DNA from: a virus
Taxonomy: Duplodnaviria; Caudoviricetes
DNA length: 64,000 nt
Virus record (IMG/VR): IMGVR_UViG_2902767014_000002
Coordinates: 1,964 to 65,963 of that record
Direction: 5' to 3' (one strand)
Made by a program: the position numbers and the translations under genes. Within the stretch, counting starts at the first letter, position 1. Every line of letters starts with the position of its first letter. Below, one piece after another: positions 36,127 through 48,144 of the stretch. The notes under the pieces were generated by a model. It ran no database searches, was not told where the DNA came from, and worked only from the letters and a program-made list of their open reading frames with translations.

Positions 36127-36863
36127 CGCTCACTCTTGACCGCAAGCGAGCCCGCAACCCGGTCAAGACGGGCCGCATCGAGCAGCGTTACGCCCTGCAA
36201 CTACGCAAGGTCGCCGAACAGGTTGGCTCGATCGTCGCACCTTTCACGCCGGGCGATATGTCCGCGGTTCCGACGATCGAGCATCTGCTGAATGCCTACG
36301 CCGACATGCTCAAGGGCTGGGCGACGCAGACGGCAAGCAACATGCTGATGGACGTCGCGCTGCGCGATGAGCAGGCATGGCAGACGATGGCCAAGGATCT
36401 TTCACGCGGCCTTCGCGAAGAAATCCGCAACGCGCCGACCGGCCGCGTGATGCAGCAATTGCTCGCTGAGCAGGTTGACATGATCCAGAGCATTCCGAGG
36501 GAAGCGGCGCAGCGGGTGCATCGGTTGGCGCTGGCTGGGCTAGAGGATTCCACTCGCTTCACGGAGATCGCCAAGGAGATTCGGCGAACAGAAGAGGTGA
36601 CAGTTTCTCGTTCGATTTTGATCGCACGCACGGAGACCGCTCGTACAGCCTCAGTGTTGACGCAGGCGCGGGCTGAGCATATCGGTTGCACTCATGCCAT
36701 CTGGCATACGAGCCACGACGGAGCGGTGAGAAAGTCGCACCGCGAGATGGACGGGAAGATATTCGCGCTGGATAAGCCGCCGCGTCTGTCAGACGGGACC
36801 GAGACTTTCCCAGGGCAGATTTTCAACTGTCGATGTTGGATGGAGCCCATCCTAAGTGACTGA
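36123..36863 (+). CDS. Head morphogenesis protein (Mu gpF/SPP1 gp7 family)
   Basis: IARTET, W.TS.DG.VR.SH, PGQIFNCRC. Confidence 0.9.
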   Translation: MTLTLDRKRARNPVKTGRIEQRYALQLRKVAEQVGSIVAPFTPGDMSAVPTIEHLLNAYADMLKGWATQTASNMLMDVALRDEQAWQTMAKDLSRGLREEIRNAPTGRVMQQLLAEQVDMIQSIPREAAQRVHRLALAGLEDSTRFTEIAKEIRRTEEVTVSRSILIARTETARTASVLTQARAEHIGCTHAIWHTSHDGAVRKSHREMDGKIFALDKPPRLSDGTETFPGQIFNCRCWMEPILSD

Positions 36864-37056
36864 CCCATGCTCATCGAGCTCGCAGTAATCGCCATTGCGG
36901 CCTTCATAGGCCATCGGCTTGGCCGGCGCAACGTTGTCATTGTGCTGCATGACATCGAAGTCGAAGCGCCGGCGCGAAAGCAGGCCGAATACCTTCTGGA
37001 TCTGGCCATTCGGCTGAAGAAGTCCGATTAATCGCGCGACTTCATGACTCTCCCCC

Positions 37057-37079
37057 AACCCGCCCCGAGCGGGTTTTTT
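37057..37079 (+). terminator. Intrinsic terminator
   Basis: AACCCGC/GCGGGTT stem followed by a T run. Confidence 0.75.
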
Positions 37080-37098
37080 CATGCCTAAGGCAGGCTAA

Positions 37099-37380
37099 AT
37101 GGCCCTCCCCGATTTCATCTTTACCGGCGAAGCGGTGCTTTCCGCTAACGGTACGTCGCAATACGTTGCCGTTCCGGCAACCGGTACGCCAACGCAAGTC
37201 ATCCTGACCAATCTGGGACCAGCTGTCGCCTACGTTGGATACGGCACGACGGTTACGGTCGCAACCGGTCATCCCCTTGTGCAGAACGTCCCCGTCGTCA
37301 TGAATCTGAACTCGGCGACGAACATCGCTGCGATCACCACGGGCGATCCTGCGCAGATTCGAATCACCGCCGGGAAGTGA
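37099..37380 (+). CDS. Small beta-rich structural/decoration protein
   Basis: T/V/A-rich; in the head module. Confidence 0.6.
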   Translation: MALPDFIFTGEAVLSANGTSQYVAVPATGTPTQVILTNLGPAVAYVGYGTTVTVATGHPLVQNVPVVMNLNSATNIAAITTGDPAQIRITAGK

Positions 37381-37381
37381 C

Positions 37382-38794
37382 ATGACGTGCCATTGCGATT
37401 CATGCAAGACGAAGCGCACGAATGACGCGATCACTGTGTCGGGATTCTTTGCCGTCGAGCAGCTCGGCCCCAAGCAGTCGTATACGCCAGAAGGCTACCT
37501 GCTCTGTGAAGAAGTGCCCATTGCGCGGACTGGCGTCCAGGACTACGCCGAGATGGAGCTGGAAGGCATCGAGGCCAAGGATGGCGTGATCGAGGTTGAG
37601 CGCAACGAAGATGAGGTCTTTGCGCCAGACACGATCGCCAGCTTTCTCGGGAAGCCTGTCACGCTCAACCATCCCAGTGATCCGGTAACGCCGGATACAT
37701 GGTCATACCTCGCCAAGGGTACAACGCACAACATTCGCCGCGGCGAGGGCGATCAGAGCAACCTGCTCATCGCTGATCTGTTGATCACCGATAAAGGGGC
37801 GATCAACGAAATCCGCAACAACGGACTCAAGGAAATCTCATGCGGCTATGACGCCGGATACGAGCAAATCGCGCCTGGGCGGGCGCGGCAAACGTCCATT
37901 GTGGGCAACCATGTGGCGCTTGTGAAGAACGCCCGCTGTGGCCCTGTATGTTCAGTACAGGATTCGAAAGAGCTTATGGGAGAACCCCTGATGGCGAGCA
38001 AGAAAGGCGCATCCTTTGCGGACAAAATGCGCAAGCTGTTCATGACGCGCGACTCGGAAGGTTTCGAGAAGGCGCTGGAAGAAGTGAAAGATGAAGACGG
38101 CTCGGTTGAAAACGTGCCCGCGATCCACATCCACATGCCGGGCACCGAAAAGGCCAACGCATCGGAAGACACCAAGGACGACGAAGGCGAAGCCGATCCG
38201 ATGGCTAAGGTAATGACCGCCCTCGACGGTATCGCACAAGGCATGGCGGCGCTCGGCGAGCGCGTGTCGAAACTCGAATCTGGCTCGACCAACGACGCGG
38301 ACGAAGAGAAGAAGGACGAAACCAAGGATGACGGCGAGGAAGTTGATCCCGATGCCGACAAGACCATGGATTCGGACGAGTCAGAAGAAAAGAAGGGCGA
38401 CGACGAGAAGAAGTCGACCAGCGATTCCACCTCGTTCCGCGACGAATTCCAGGACGCCAAGGCGCGCGCCGAAATCCTCGCTCCAGGCGTGAAGCTGCCG
38501 ACCTTCGATGCGAAGGCAGCGGTAAAGCAGACGGCTGATGCGCTTTGTGTTCTGCGCCGGCGCGCTCTCCGCGCTGCGCTGACCAACGACAACGGTGACC
38601 TTGTACGCATGATCACGGGCGACGCCGATGTCTCGAAGATGGATTGCGCCGCCGCAAAGATGGCGTTCCATGCTGCATCGGAGCTCGTGAAGCAGAAGAA
38701 CAAGACCGCGAAGACGTCGACTGCCGACTCGCAAACACCGGCCAAGAAAGACCTCAACCAGATCCACGCCGATTTTTGGGCGAAACGTAAGTAA
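37382..38794 (+). CDS. DUF2213 capsid maturation protease/scaffold
   Basis: TPEGYL.C, IARTG, NHP, EISCGY, NHVALV..ARCG. Confidence 0.88.
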   Translation: MTCHCDSCKTKRTNDAITVSGFFAVEQLGPKQSYTPEGYLLCEEVPIARTGVQDYAEMELEGIEAKDGVIEVERNEDEVFAPDTIASFLGKPVTLNHPSDPVTPDTWSYLAKGTTHNIRRGEGDQSNLLIADLLITDKGAINEIRNNGLKEISCGYDAGYEQIAPGRARQTSIVGNHVALVKNARCGPVCSVQDSKELMGEPLMASKKGASFADKMRKLFMTRDSEGFEKALEEVKDEDGSVENVPAIHIHMPGTEKANASEDTKDDEGEADPMAKVMTALDGIAQGMAALGERVSKLESGSTNDADEEKKDETKDDGEEVDPDADKTMDSDESEEKKGDDEKKSTSDSTSFRDEFQDAKARAEILAPGVKLPTFDAKAAVKQTADALCVLRRRALRAALTNDNGDLVRMITGDADVSKMDCAAAKMAFHAASELVKQKNKTAKTSTADSQTPAKKDLNQIHADFWAKRK

Positions 38795-38803
38795 GGAGCC
38801 GAC

Positions 38804-39310
38804 ATGCCCTCGTTGCAAGCTTATACTTTCCGCATGCCGGCTGGTTTCGCCGGCGACCTTCAGCGCGCCGAAGTCGCGACAATCGAAACGCAGCAGATCG
38901 ATTCGTCGGCACCCCCGACCGTGTTCGGCGTGGCCGTCAAGCTCGTATCGGGCAAGGTACAGCCGATCAATAACTCGGCCGACACCGCAGCATCGGTCTA
39001 TGGCATCAATCTGCGCCCCTACCCGATCCAGACGAACGGCACTGACGCACTCGGCACGTCTACCCCGCCGACCTCTGGCGTGACGGATGTCCTCAAGCGC
39101 GGCTACGTGAACGTCGCGTTGGGTGGGGTCGCAGCGGCAGCAAAGGGTGGCACGGTGTATGTGCGCGTCGCTAACCCGGCTTCTGGCAAGCCGTTGGGCG
39201 GCTTCGAGGCCGCATCGGATACGACCAACACGATCGCCCTTCCGTCGAATACGTACTTTACTGGCCCCGCAGACGCATACGGGGTCACTGAAATCGCATT
39301 CAACATCTGA
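38804..39310 (+). CDS. Capsid cement/decoration protein
   Basis: Between scaffold and capsid genes; RMPAGFAG motif. Confidence 0.75.
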   Translation: MPSLQAYTFRMPAGFAGDLQRAEVATIETQQIDSSAPPTVFGVAVKLVSGKVQPINNSADTAASVYGINLRPYPIQTNGTDALGTSTPPTSGVTDVLKRGYVNVALGGVAAAAKGGTVYVRVANPASGKPLGGFEAASDTTNTIALPSNTYFTGPADAYGVTEIAFNI

Positions 39311-39337
39311 TCCCCGGCGCATAACAACGCCCCATAG

Positions 39338-39360
39338 ACCCCGCCTCGGCGGGGTTTCTC
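39338..39360 (+). terminator. Intrinsic terminator
   Basis: ACCCCGCC/GGCGGGGT stem. Confidence 0.6.
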
Positions 39361-39380
39361 GTTTCTGGAGCAAACACTCA

Positions 39381-40448
39381 ATGGACATGTCTGTTCAAAA
39401 ATTCCTCAAGCGCCGGGAAATCGCTGAAGCGTCGCGGGAAGCAATCCGCCACTTCACGGCTGACCAGCAATACACCTACGACCAGGCAACGGTCGACTCG
39501 ACCGGCGTTTTCCTCGTCGGTCAGCTGGAACGCCTGGATCAGACGCTCAACGAGCCGCTGGTCGAGTTCACCTGGTCGCGCGACGTCGAAATCCGCACCG
39601 ACGTCTCGCCGGCTGACGAGATCGCCTCGTGGACGAACTCGGCGTTCGCCATGTCGGGTGGCATCAATCCGGGCGGCCTGAACTGGATCTCGAACGAAGG
39701 CAATGCGATCGCCGGTCCGTCGCTGGACATCGGCAAGACGCCGCAACCGATGCGCCTGTGGGGTGCTGAGGTCAAGTACACGGTGCCCGAACTGGTGAAG
39801 GCGCAAGCCCTCGGCCAGCCGGTCGACGCGCAGAAGGTTGAAGGTATGAACCTGAAGCGCAACATGGACCTCGACAACATCATCTACTTCGGTGATACGT
39901 CTCTGGGCTTCACGGGTCTCGTCAACTCGAACAGCGCGGTCGGCAGCTATCAGAACGTCGCCAACGGCGCCGCAAGCACGCCGCAATGGACCACCAAGAC
40001 GGCCCTTGAAATCCTCAAGGACGTCAACGAAATCCTGACGAGCGCATGGGCGGCTTCGGGCTGGAAGGTGCTCCCGAATCGTCTGCTGCTCCCGCCGGCG
40101 CAACTCGGCTATATCGGCAGCCAGCCGGTCAACACGGCAGCACAGGACACGATCCTCGCGTACATCCTGAAGAACAACATCTGTGCGCAGATGGGCCAGC
40201 CGCTGGACATTCTGCCTCTCAAGTGGCTGATCGGGGCAGGCGTCGGTGGTACACCGGGGCAACTCGGTACGGTTGACCGTATGGTCGCGTACAACAAGGA
40301 CAAGAAGTATGTCCAGTACCCGATGACGGAACTGCAGCGCACGCCGCTCGAGTATCGCTCGCTGTTCCAGATCACCACCTATTGGGCGCGTTTTGGCCAG
40401 GTGGAATTCCGCTACGGCACGACGCTGGCCTACCGCGACGCAATCTGA
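39381..40448 (+). CDS. Major capsid protein (DUF2184 family)
   Basis: FL..QLE.LD..L.EPL motif; GGAG RBS. Confidence 0.88.
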   Translation: MDMSVQKFLKRREIAEASREAIRHFTADQQYTYDQATVDSTGVFLVGQLERLDQTLNEPLVEFTWSRDVEIRTDVSPADEIASWTNSAFAMSGGINPGGLNWISNEGNAIAGPSLDIGKTPQPMRLWGAEVKYTVPELVKAQALGQPVDAQKVEGMNLKRNMDLDNIIYFGDTSLGFTGLVNSNSAVGSYQNVANGAASTPQWTTKTALEILKDVNEILTSAWAASGWKVLPNRLLLPPAQLGYIGSQPVNTAAQDTILAYILKNNICAQMGQPLDILPLKWLIGAGVGGTPGQLGTVDRMVAYNKDKKYVQYPMTELQRTPLEYRSLFQITTYWARFGQVEFRYGTTLAYRDAI

Positions 40449-40506
40449 TCGCGCGGTCAGGAGGCGTTGTAATATGGACGCTTCCTGACCTCTTTCAGGA
40501 AAGAAA

Positions 40507-40710
40507 ATGACCCGAATCGCCAATCAGGATTTCACACTGACCCGCGACGACTGCCGGCCGCTGTACTTCAAGGCGGGCGACGAAATTCCGGCGGAGTACG
40601 AAGAACACTGGTTCGTACTTCTGCACAGTGATGAGCGCGCCGCGGCCGAAGTCGCCTCCGATGTCGCAGTCGAAGAAAAACGCAAACCCGGTAGACCAGC
40701 CAAGCCATGA
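40507..40710 (+). CDS. Small head-associated protein
   Basis: Position; KRKPGRP tail. Confidence 0.6.
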   Translation: MTRIANQDFTLTRDDCRPLYFKAGDEIPAEYEEHWFVLLHSDERAAAEVASDVAVEEKRKPGRPAKP

Positions 40711-41102
40711 GCATCACGCCCAGTCAGCTACGATCCGACTTTCCGGAGTTCGCCGATGTGACGATCTACCCGGACTCGCTCGTCAACATGTGGTTGACTG
40801 TGGCGAATTCGCTGGTCAACCCCATTCGGTGGGCAGAACTGACGGACCTCGGCATTGAGCTCGCTGCCTGTCATCACCTCGCCATTTCGGCCAAAGATCA
40901 ACTTGCGGCTTCGGTTGGTGGTGTGCCCGGAGAAGTAAAGGGACCGACAGCATCCAAGTCGGTCGACAAGGTATCTGTTTCATACGATACGTCGGCGGTC
41001 ACCCTGACTGATGCGGGGTTCTGGAATATGACCAGTTATGGAACCCGTTTCCTCGGCCTCGCACGCATGTTCGGTGCCGGCGGATTACAGATAAATTGCT
41101 GA
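40707..41102 (+). CDS. Head-tail adaptor (DUF4054 family)
   Basis: R.DFPEF, W..T.YG..F motifs. Confidence 0.85.
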   Translation: MSITPSQLRSDFPEFADVTIYPDSLVNMWLTVANSLVNPIRWAELTDLGIELAACHHLAISAKDQLAASVGGVPGEVKGPTASKSVDKVSVSYDTSAVTLTDAGFWNMTSYGTRFLGLARMFGAGGLQINC

Positions 41103-41103
41103 T

Positions 41104-41661
41104 ATGACCGTCAAGATCACGATCGACAAACTGGGCGACGTGATCAAGGCGCTCAGTCAACTGTCAAACAGGGATGTACTGGTCGGCATCCCGGATAGCT
41201 CTCCCGAGCGCACCGATACGCCTATCACGAATGCTCAGATCGGCTATGTGATGGAAACGGGCTCTCCGGCCAACAACATCCCCGCCCGCCCTTTCCTCGT
41301 GCCAGGCATTGCCGATGTGCAGGACGAAATAGCAGCTCGACTTCGTAAGGGCGCACTCTCTGCGCTCTCCGGATCTGCGGCAGGCGCCGAAACCGCGCTC
41401 AAAGCGGCCGGCATGGTTGGCCAGAATGCCGTCAGGAAGAAGATCAACGACGGCCCCTTCGCTCCGCTCTCGCCGCGCACTATTGCCCAGCGCAACCGCA
41501 GCCGGAAAACAAAATCAATGCGCAAAGCTGAGAAGGATTACGCGACGCTTCTGGCGCAAGGCAAGACGGAGCAGGAAGCGCAGGACGCTGCCGGCATCAA
41601 GCCTCTCATCAACACCGGCTCGCTGCGCAACGCCGTGACGTTCGTCGTACGCAAGAAATAA
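41104..41661 (+). CDS. Neck/tail completion protein
   Basis: IPARPFL, KPLINTG.LRN motifs. Confidence 0.8.
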   Translation: MTVKITIDKLGDVIKALSQLSNRDVLVGIPDSSPERTDTPITNAQIGYVMETGSPANNIPARPFLVPGIADVQDEIAARLRKGALSALSGSAAGAETALKAAGMVGQNAVRKKINDGPFAPLSPRTIAQRNRSRKTKSMRKAEKDYATLLAQGKTEQEAQDAAGIKPLINTGSLRNAVTFVVRKK

Positions 41662-41669
41662 GGATCAGC

Positions 41670-42041
41670 ATGCCCTTACTCGATGTTTCGGACGTCCTGC
41701 TCGATCCATCCTTCATGGATCTGACGCTCTCCGTCACGCGTAATGCGCAGACGGTCGGCAATGACGGCAACACCGTTATCAGTTCGACGACGACGTCATT
41801 CTATGGCGTGGTGACGAGCCTGAGCGGTTCCGTACTGCATCGCGTCGCAGAAGGCGAACACATCAGCGACACGATCACGATTCACTCGCAGTTCAAACTG
41901 ATCGACGGGCAGTCCGGCTATGACGCCGATGTCGTCAATTGGCAAGGGTTGCAGTGGACCGTGACGAACGTCAACGATTATTCAACCTTCGGCCGCGGCT
42001 TCGTCTCAGCAACCTGTACGCTCAAGCAACTCTCAGGCTAA
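41670..42041 (+). CDS. Head closure protein
   Basis: Position; MP.LDVSDVL.DP.F motif. Confidence 0.75.
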   Translation: MPLLDVSDVLLDPSFMDLTLSVTRNAQTVGNDGNTVISSTTTSFYGVVTSLSGSVLHRVAEGEHISDTITIHSQFKLIDGQSGYDADVVNWQGLQWTVTNVNDYSTFGRGFVSATCTLKQLSG

Positions 42042-42044
42042 TCC

Positions 42045-42629
42045 ATGGCAGGCAACGATTCCAGTACTGGCGGATATCTCTCGCCAGCGGTGGCGTCGCC
42101 GCCGCTTGAGGACGACGCGCTCACCGCGATCTTTCAACAGATGATCGTCGGCATCACGGCGCTACCCGGAAACATGGTTCGCCCTCGGTGGCAGCCGAAT
42201 CCGCCGAAGCAGCCGGAGCCGACCGTCAACTGGTGCGCGCTGGGCATTGCAGTACAGACGCCCGACGATGGACCCGCGATCATCCACAGCGGTACGGGCG
42301 ATGGCTCGGACACGTACATCCGTCACGAACAGATCGACGTGCTGGCCTCGTTCTACGGGCCGAACGCCATGCAGAATGCGCAACTGCTCTCTGACGGTCT
42401 GGCGATCCCGCAGAACCTCGAGCAGTTGAAGGCGCAGGACATGAACAGCGTCGATACAGGACCGATCATCCCTGCTCCCGATCTGCTCAACGAGCAATGG
42501 ATCAGACGGTATGACCTGACGCTCACCTTCCGCCGTAAGATCACCCGCACCTACGCTGTACTCAACATCCTCACCGCCCAAGGCACGGTCCAGACCGACA
42601 TGGTTACTGGCCCGATCAGTTCCCAGTAA
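42045..42629 (+). CDS. Tail terminator protein
   Basis: VRPRWQ..PP.QP motif; precedes the sheath gene. Confidence 0.75.
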   Translation: MAGNDSSTGGYLSPAVASPPLEDDALTAIFQQMIVGITALPGNMVRPRWQPNPPKQPEPTVNWCALGIAVQTPDDGPAIIHSGTGDGSDTYIRHEQIDVLASFYGPNAMQNAQLLSDGLAIPQNLEQLKAQDMNSVDTGPIIPAPDLLNEQWIRRYDLTLTFRRKITRTYAVLNILTAQGTVQTDMVTGPISSQ

Positions 42630-42650
42630 CCCGTTTCACCCTCTTAGACA

Positions 42651-42675
42651 GGCCCGCCACTGAGCGGGCTTTTTT
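42651..42675 (+). terminator. Intrinsic terminator
   Basis: GCCCGC/GCGGGC stem followed by T6. Confidence 0.75.
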
Positions 42676-42689
42676 CATTTCTGGAGCCC

Positions 42690-44510
<1,821 letters not shown>

Positions 44511-44518
44511 GGTGACCC

Positions 44519-44959
44519 ATGAGTGCGTATTCCTTTAAAGATGTAACCGCAACATTCGTCGGCCCGACCGGCGTTTTCTCGCTCGGCTATGGGTCGTCTA
44601 ACGCCGAGGAAGGCATTGACATTGCCGCTGCCGGCGACAAGAACACCATGACGGTCGGAGCCGATGGCGAGGTGATGCATAGCCTGCATGCCGACAAGTC
44701 TGGACAGGTCACGGTGCGATTGCTCAAAACCAGTCCGATGAATCAGAAACTCATGGCGACGTACGAAGCTCAGGCGATCAGTTCGTCGCTGTGGGGACAA
44801 AACATCATCACGATATCGAATGCCGCTGTCGGTGATCTGCACGTCGCACGTCAATGTGCGTTCAAGAAGAAGCCCGACATGAAGTACGCCAAAGACGGCG
44901 ACATCATCGCTTGGACCTTCGATGCTGGAAAAGTGGACTCCGCTCTCGGAACGTATTGA
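44519..44959 (+). CDS. Tail tube protein (DUF3277 family)
   Basis: YSFKDV, MT.GADGE.MHS, LLKTSP.N motifs. Confidence 0.85.
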   Translation: MSAYSFKDVTATFVGPTGVFSLGYGSSNAEEGIDIAAAGDKNTMTVGADGEVMHSLHADKSGQVTVRLLKTSPMNQKLMATYEAQAISSSLWGQNIITISNAAVGDLHVARQCAFKKKPDMKYAKDGDIIAWTFDAGKVDSALGTY

Positions 44960-45049
44960 TTGGCTTTGCGTCGGCTAGATTGATCATCGAAAAGCGCTAG
45001 TCCAGCGCCTGCCGACGCTCCCTCACTGGACTATCTCCAAGGACACGAG

Positions 45050-45499
45050 ATGTCTATCGAGTTTGAAATCGCCGACCATCGATATCGCGCGGAAAAGCTT
45101 GACGCGTTCAAGCAACTCCACGTTTCCCGAAAGATCGCGCCGATTGTTCCAAAGCTGTTGCCGATGTTCATCAAGTTTGCGGGCAACGCGGACTCGCTGA
45201 AGGACGATCTCGCCGGCATGGCGGAAGCATTCGAGCCGCTTGCGCAGGCTCTGGCTGAAATGCCGGATGCAGACTGTGAATACGTCTTCAATGCCTGCCT
45301 CGGCGTCGTGATGCGCAATCAGCAAGGGAACTGGGCATCGATCTGGAGCCAGAGTGCCAAGTCGCTGATGTTTGACGACATCGACCTCGGACAGATGACC
45401 CAGATTACGGTCAAGGTGATCTGGGATAGCTTAGGTGCTTTTATTCGCGGCATCCTCGCGAGCCCGCCGGGGAGCCAAGCCGCGGCATTGAATGGGTAA
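45050..45499 (+). CDS. Tail assembly chaperone (G)
   Basis: Between tube and tape measure genes. Confidence 0.8.
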   Translation: MSIEFEIADHRYRAEKLDAFKQLHVSRKIAPIVPKLLPMFIKFAGNADSLKDDLAGMAEAFEPLAQALAEMPDADCEYVFNACLGVVMRNQQGNWASIWSQSAKSLMFDDIDLGQMTQITVKVIWDSLGAFIRGILASPPGSQAAALNG

Positions 45500-45681
45500 G
45501 CCTGCCTGATGGTATGGACTGGCTACTCAGGCCGGTCGTCAAGGGCATGTGCCGCTACGAAAGCCTGAAGGACGGCACGATTGATCTGGCTGATATTGCG
45601 CTAATGAACGACTGTCTCGACGTGCTCGCCGAGAACACCCAGATAGCCCAACGCATAAACGAGAATCAGAATGTCCGGTAA
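45430..45681 (+). CDS. Tail chaperone GT extension in the -1 frame (in-frame ATG at 45514)
   Basis: Open -1 frame ...EWVSLPDGMDWLLRPVVKGMCRYESLKDGTIDLADIALMND... Confidence 0.65.
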   Translation, partial: LRCFYSRHPREPAGEPSRGIEWVSLPDGMDWLLRPVVKGMCRYESLKDGTIDLADIALMNDCLDVLAENTQIAQRINENQNVR

Positions 45682-47548
45682 CGTCGACACGATCAAAGAG
45701 TTTCTCGTATCGTTAGGTTTTTCCGTCGATCAGTCAGGCCAGAAGAAATTCGTTGATGGCGTCGCTTCGGCATCGCTGAAGGTGGTCGAGCTCGGCGCGG
45801 CTATCGCGGCGACGTCAGCGGCTGTCGTGGCTGGTGTGGCGAAGATCGCCGACCAGATGGAGGGGCTGTACTTCGCATCGCAGCGTACGGGCGCGTCTGT
45901 CGCGAACATTCAGGCGCTCGGCTTTGCTGCCGCCCAGATGGGCTCGACGGCCTCCGCGGCAGCGGGGTCGCTCGAAAATCTCGCGCGCTTCATGCGTAAC
46001 AGCCCGGGCGCGTCGGGCCTGATCCAGAGTCTTGGCGTTCAGACTCGAGATGCCAACGGCGGATTGCGCGACACTACCGAAATCCTTCGGGATCTCGGCA
46101 AGCAGTTCGCGAACATGCCGTATTACCGCGCGAATGCATACGCTCAGGCGCTTGGCATCGACGAAAAAACTCTGATGGCGCTGCGTCAGGGCATGGGCCA
46201 GTTCGGCGATGAGTACAGGGACATGCTGGCAAAAGCCGGCTTGGACTCGCAGCAAGCCGCAGCCTCGTCGCATGAGTTCATGAATCAGATCCGTACGCTC
46301 GGATCGGCGTTCGTGATTCTCGGGGATAAGGTCGCCGCGTCGCTCGCCGGCAAGATGTCTGGCGACATCAAACGCTTCCGTGAAGGCTTGGTCGACAACT
46401 TCGGGCGCATCTCCGAGATTGTTGAGAAGATCGCCAACGGCATCCTGTTCCTGGCTGACGTCATCAGCACGCTCGGGCTGCGGGCAATGCAGATCGTCGG
46501 CAGCATCATCGACTGGTTCAATAGTCTGGATGACGGCACAAAGAGTCTGATTGAAGGCGTCGGGGGTTTGCTGATCGCATGGAAGCTCCTGAATGCAGGT
46601 TTCCTCGCGACTCCGCTGGGTCAGTTGGCTGCACTTGGCTTGGCAATCGTCGCCCTGTACGACGACTTCAAGGTCTGGAGGGAAGGCGGCAAGAGTCTGA
46701 TCGACTGGTCGCGCTGGATGCCGGACATCGAGCTCGCGAAACGCCTGCTGCACACGATGGGCGAGCAGTTCACCGAGTTGGGCGAGATCATCCATGCGGT
46801 AATGGATAGGCGTTGGGGCGATCTTGCAACCCATGCGAAGAAGTTCGCCGCGCTTGCTGTCGGCGGCTGGAAAGACGTCTACAACACGATCAAGAACCAG
46901 TTGGAGGGCACCCCAGTTCCGGCGCCCAAGGTAGAGCCGACATCCAGCACGCCCCCAGCGAGCTCACCTGCAGGACCTGCGCCGGCCAATCCGAATGCAC
47001 CTCGCGGCATACGCAACAACAACCCCGGCAATCTGAATTACGTCGGGCAGACTGGCGCGACAAAAGAAGCAGGCCCTAACGGTCGTTTCGCGGTATTCCA
47101 GACGGCAGAAGAAGGCTTGCGCGCGCTCGGTAATCAGTTGCGCCTGTATGGCACCCGCGGCATCAACTCGGTGCGAGCGATCATCTCGAAGTTCGCGCCA
47201 CCCAGCGAGAACAACACTCAAGCATATATCGGCAGTGTCTCAAAAGGCCTGGGTGTAGGCGCCGATTCGGCGCTCGACCTGAATGATCCGCGAGTCCTGC
47301 AAAGTCTGATGGGCGCGATTATCAAGGTCGAAAACGGGAGAAACCCGTACAGCGCTGAGCAGATCGCTGCAGCATCGGGCGTCCGCTCAGCGGGTGCGCC
47401 TGGCTCTGCTCCAGTATCGGTTAGCCAGACAACGACAATTCACGTCGCAGGATCTGGCGACCCTCACGCAACGGCACAGGCAGTAGCTCAGGCTCAGGGC
47501 GGGGTGAATCAGCGCCTCGTGCGCAACATGAAAACGGCGGCGCAATGA
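45671..47548 (+). CDS. Tape measure protein with a C-terminal lysozyme-like domain
   Basis: IKEFLVSLGF N-terminus; RGIRNNNPGNL motif. Confidence 0.88.
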   Translation: MSGNVDTIKEFLVSLGFSVDQSGQKKFVDGVASASLKVVELGAAIAATSAAVVAGVAKIADQMEGLYFASQRTGASVANIQALGFAAAQMGSTASAAAGSLENLARFMRNSPGASGLIQSLGVQTRDANGGLRDTTEILRDLGKQFANMPYYRANAYAQALGIDEKTLMALRQGMGQFGDEYRDMLAKAGLDSQQAAASSHEFMNQIRTLGSAFVILGDKVAASLAGKMSGDIKRFREGLVDNFGRISEIVEKIANGILFLADVISTLGLRAMQIVGSIIDWFNSLDDGTKSLIEGVGGLLIAWKLLNAGFLATPLGQLAALGLAIVALYDDFKVWREGGKSLIDWSRWMPDIELAKRLLHTMGEQFTELGEIIHAVMDRRWGDLATHAKKFAALAVGGWKDVYNTIKNQLEGTPVPAPKVEPTSSTPPASSPAGPAPANPNAPRGIRNNNPGNLNYVGQTGATKEAGPNGRFAVFQTAEEGLRALGNQLRLYGTRGINSVRAIISKFAPPSENNTQAYIGSVSKGLGVGADSALDLNDPRVLQSLMGAIIKVENGRNPYSAEQIAAASGVRSAGAPGSAPVSVSQTTTIHVAGSGDPHATAQAVAQAQGGVNQRLVRNMKTAAQ

Positions 47549-48144
47549 GTGGATTCCTGGAAACCGGCATCGGGATCGCCGCCTCTATCGGCGGCGAACT
47601 CGTTAGCGCATTTTTCAGCCCGAAGCGGTCGATCAATTCATCGATCGGCTCGTTCCAGGGATACGTCACCATTGATGAGCACCATCATGATGAGATGGTG
47701 ATTACCGATCACCCGGTTGAGCAAGGCGCGGCCATCTCTGACCATGCTTACAAGAAGCCCGCCGAGATCACGTTGACGCTCGCATGGTCCAATAGCGGTC
47801 TGAGCTCCATTACCTCGCTGCAGTTCGGCAGCTACAGCCAGTTCGTCTACAAGAGCCTGTTGGCGCTTCAGGCATCACGTACGCCGTTCGACCTGTCGAC
47901 TGGCAAGCGCAGATACACAAACATGCTGATCCAGTCGTTGGACACGACGACCGATGCGAAAACGGAAAACTCGCTGATCGTGACCCTACATTGCCGCGAG
48001 GTGATCATCGTTCAGACGACGACCACGCAACTGCAGCCAGCAGCTAACATGTCGAGTCCACAGAAGACTGCGGCGACGACGAACGCAGGCACGAAACAGC
48101 CGCAGGCGACGAATACCAGCATACTTTACCGCGTGTTCAACTGA
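47545..48144 (+). CDS. Baseplate/tail tube initiator protein
   Basis: ITDHPVEQGA.ISDHAY..P motif. Confidence 0.8.
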   Translation: MSGFLETGIGIAASIGGELVSAFFSPKRSINSSIGSFQGYVTIDEHHHDEMVITDHPVEQGAAISDHAYKKPAEITLTLAWSNSGLSSITSLQFGSYSQFVYKSLLALQASRTPFDLSTGKRRYTNMLIQSLDTTTDAKTENSLIVTLHCREVIIVQTTTTQLQPAANMSSPQKTAATTNAGTKQPQATNTSILYRVFN

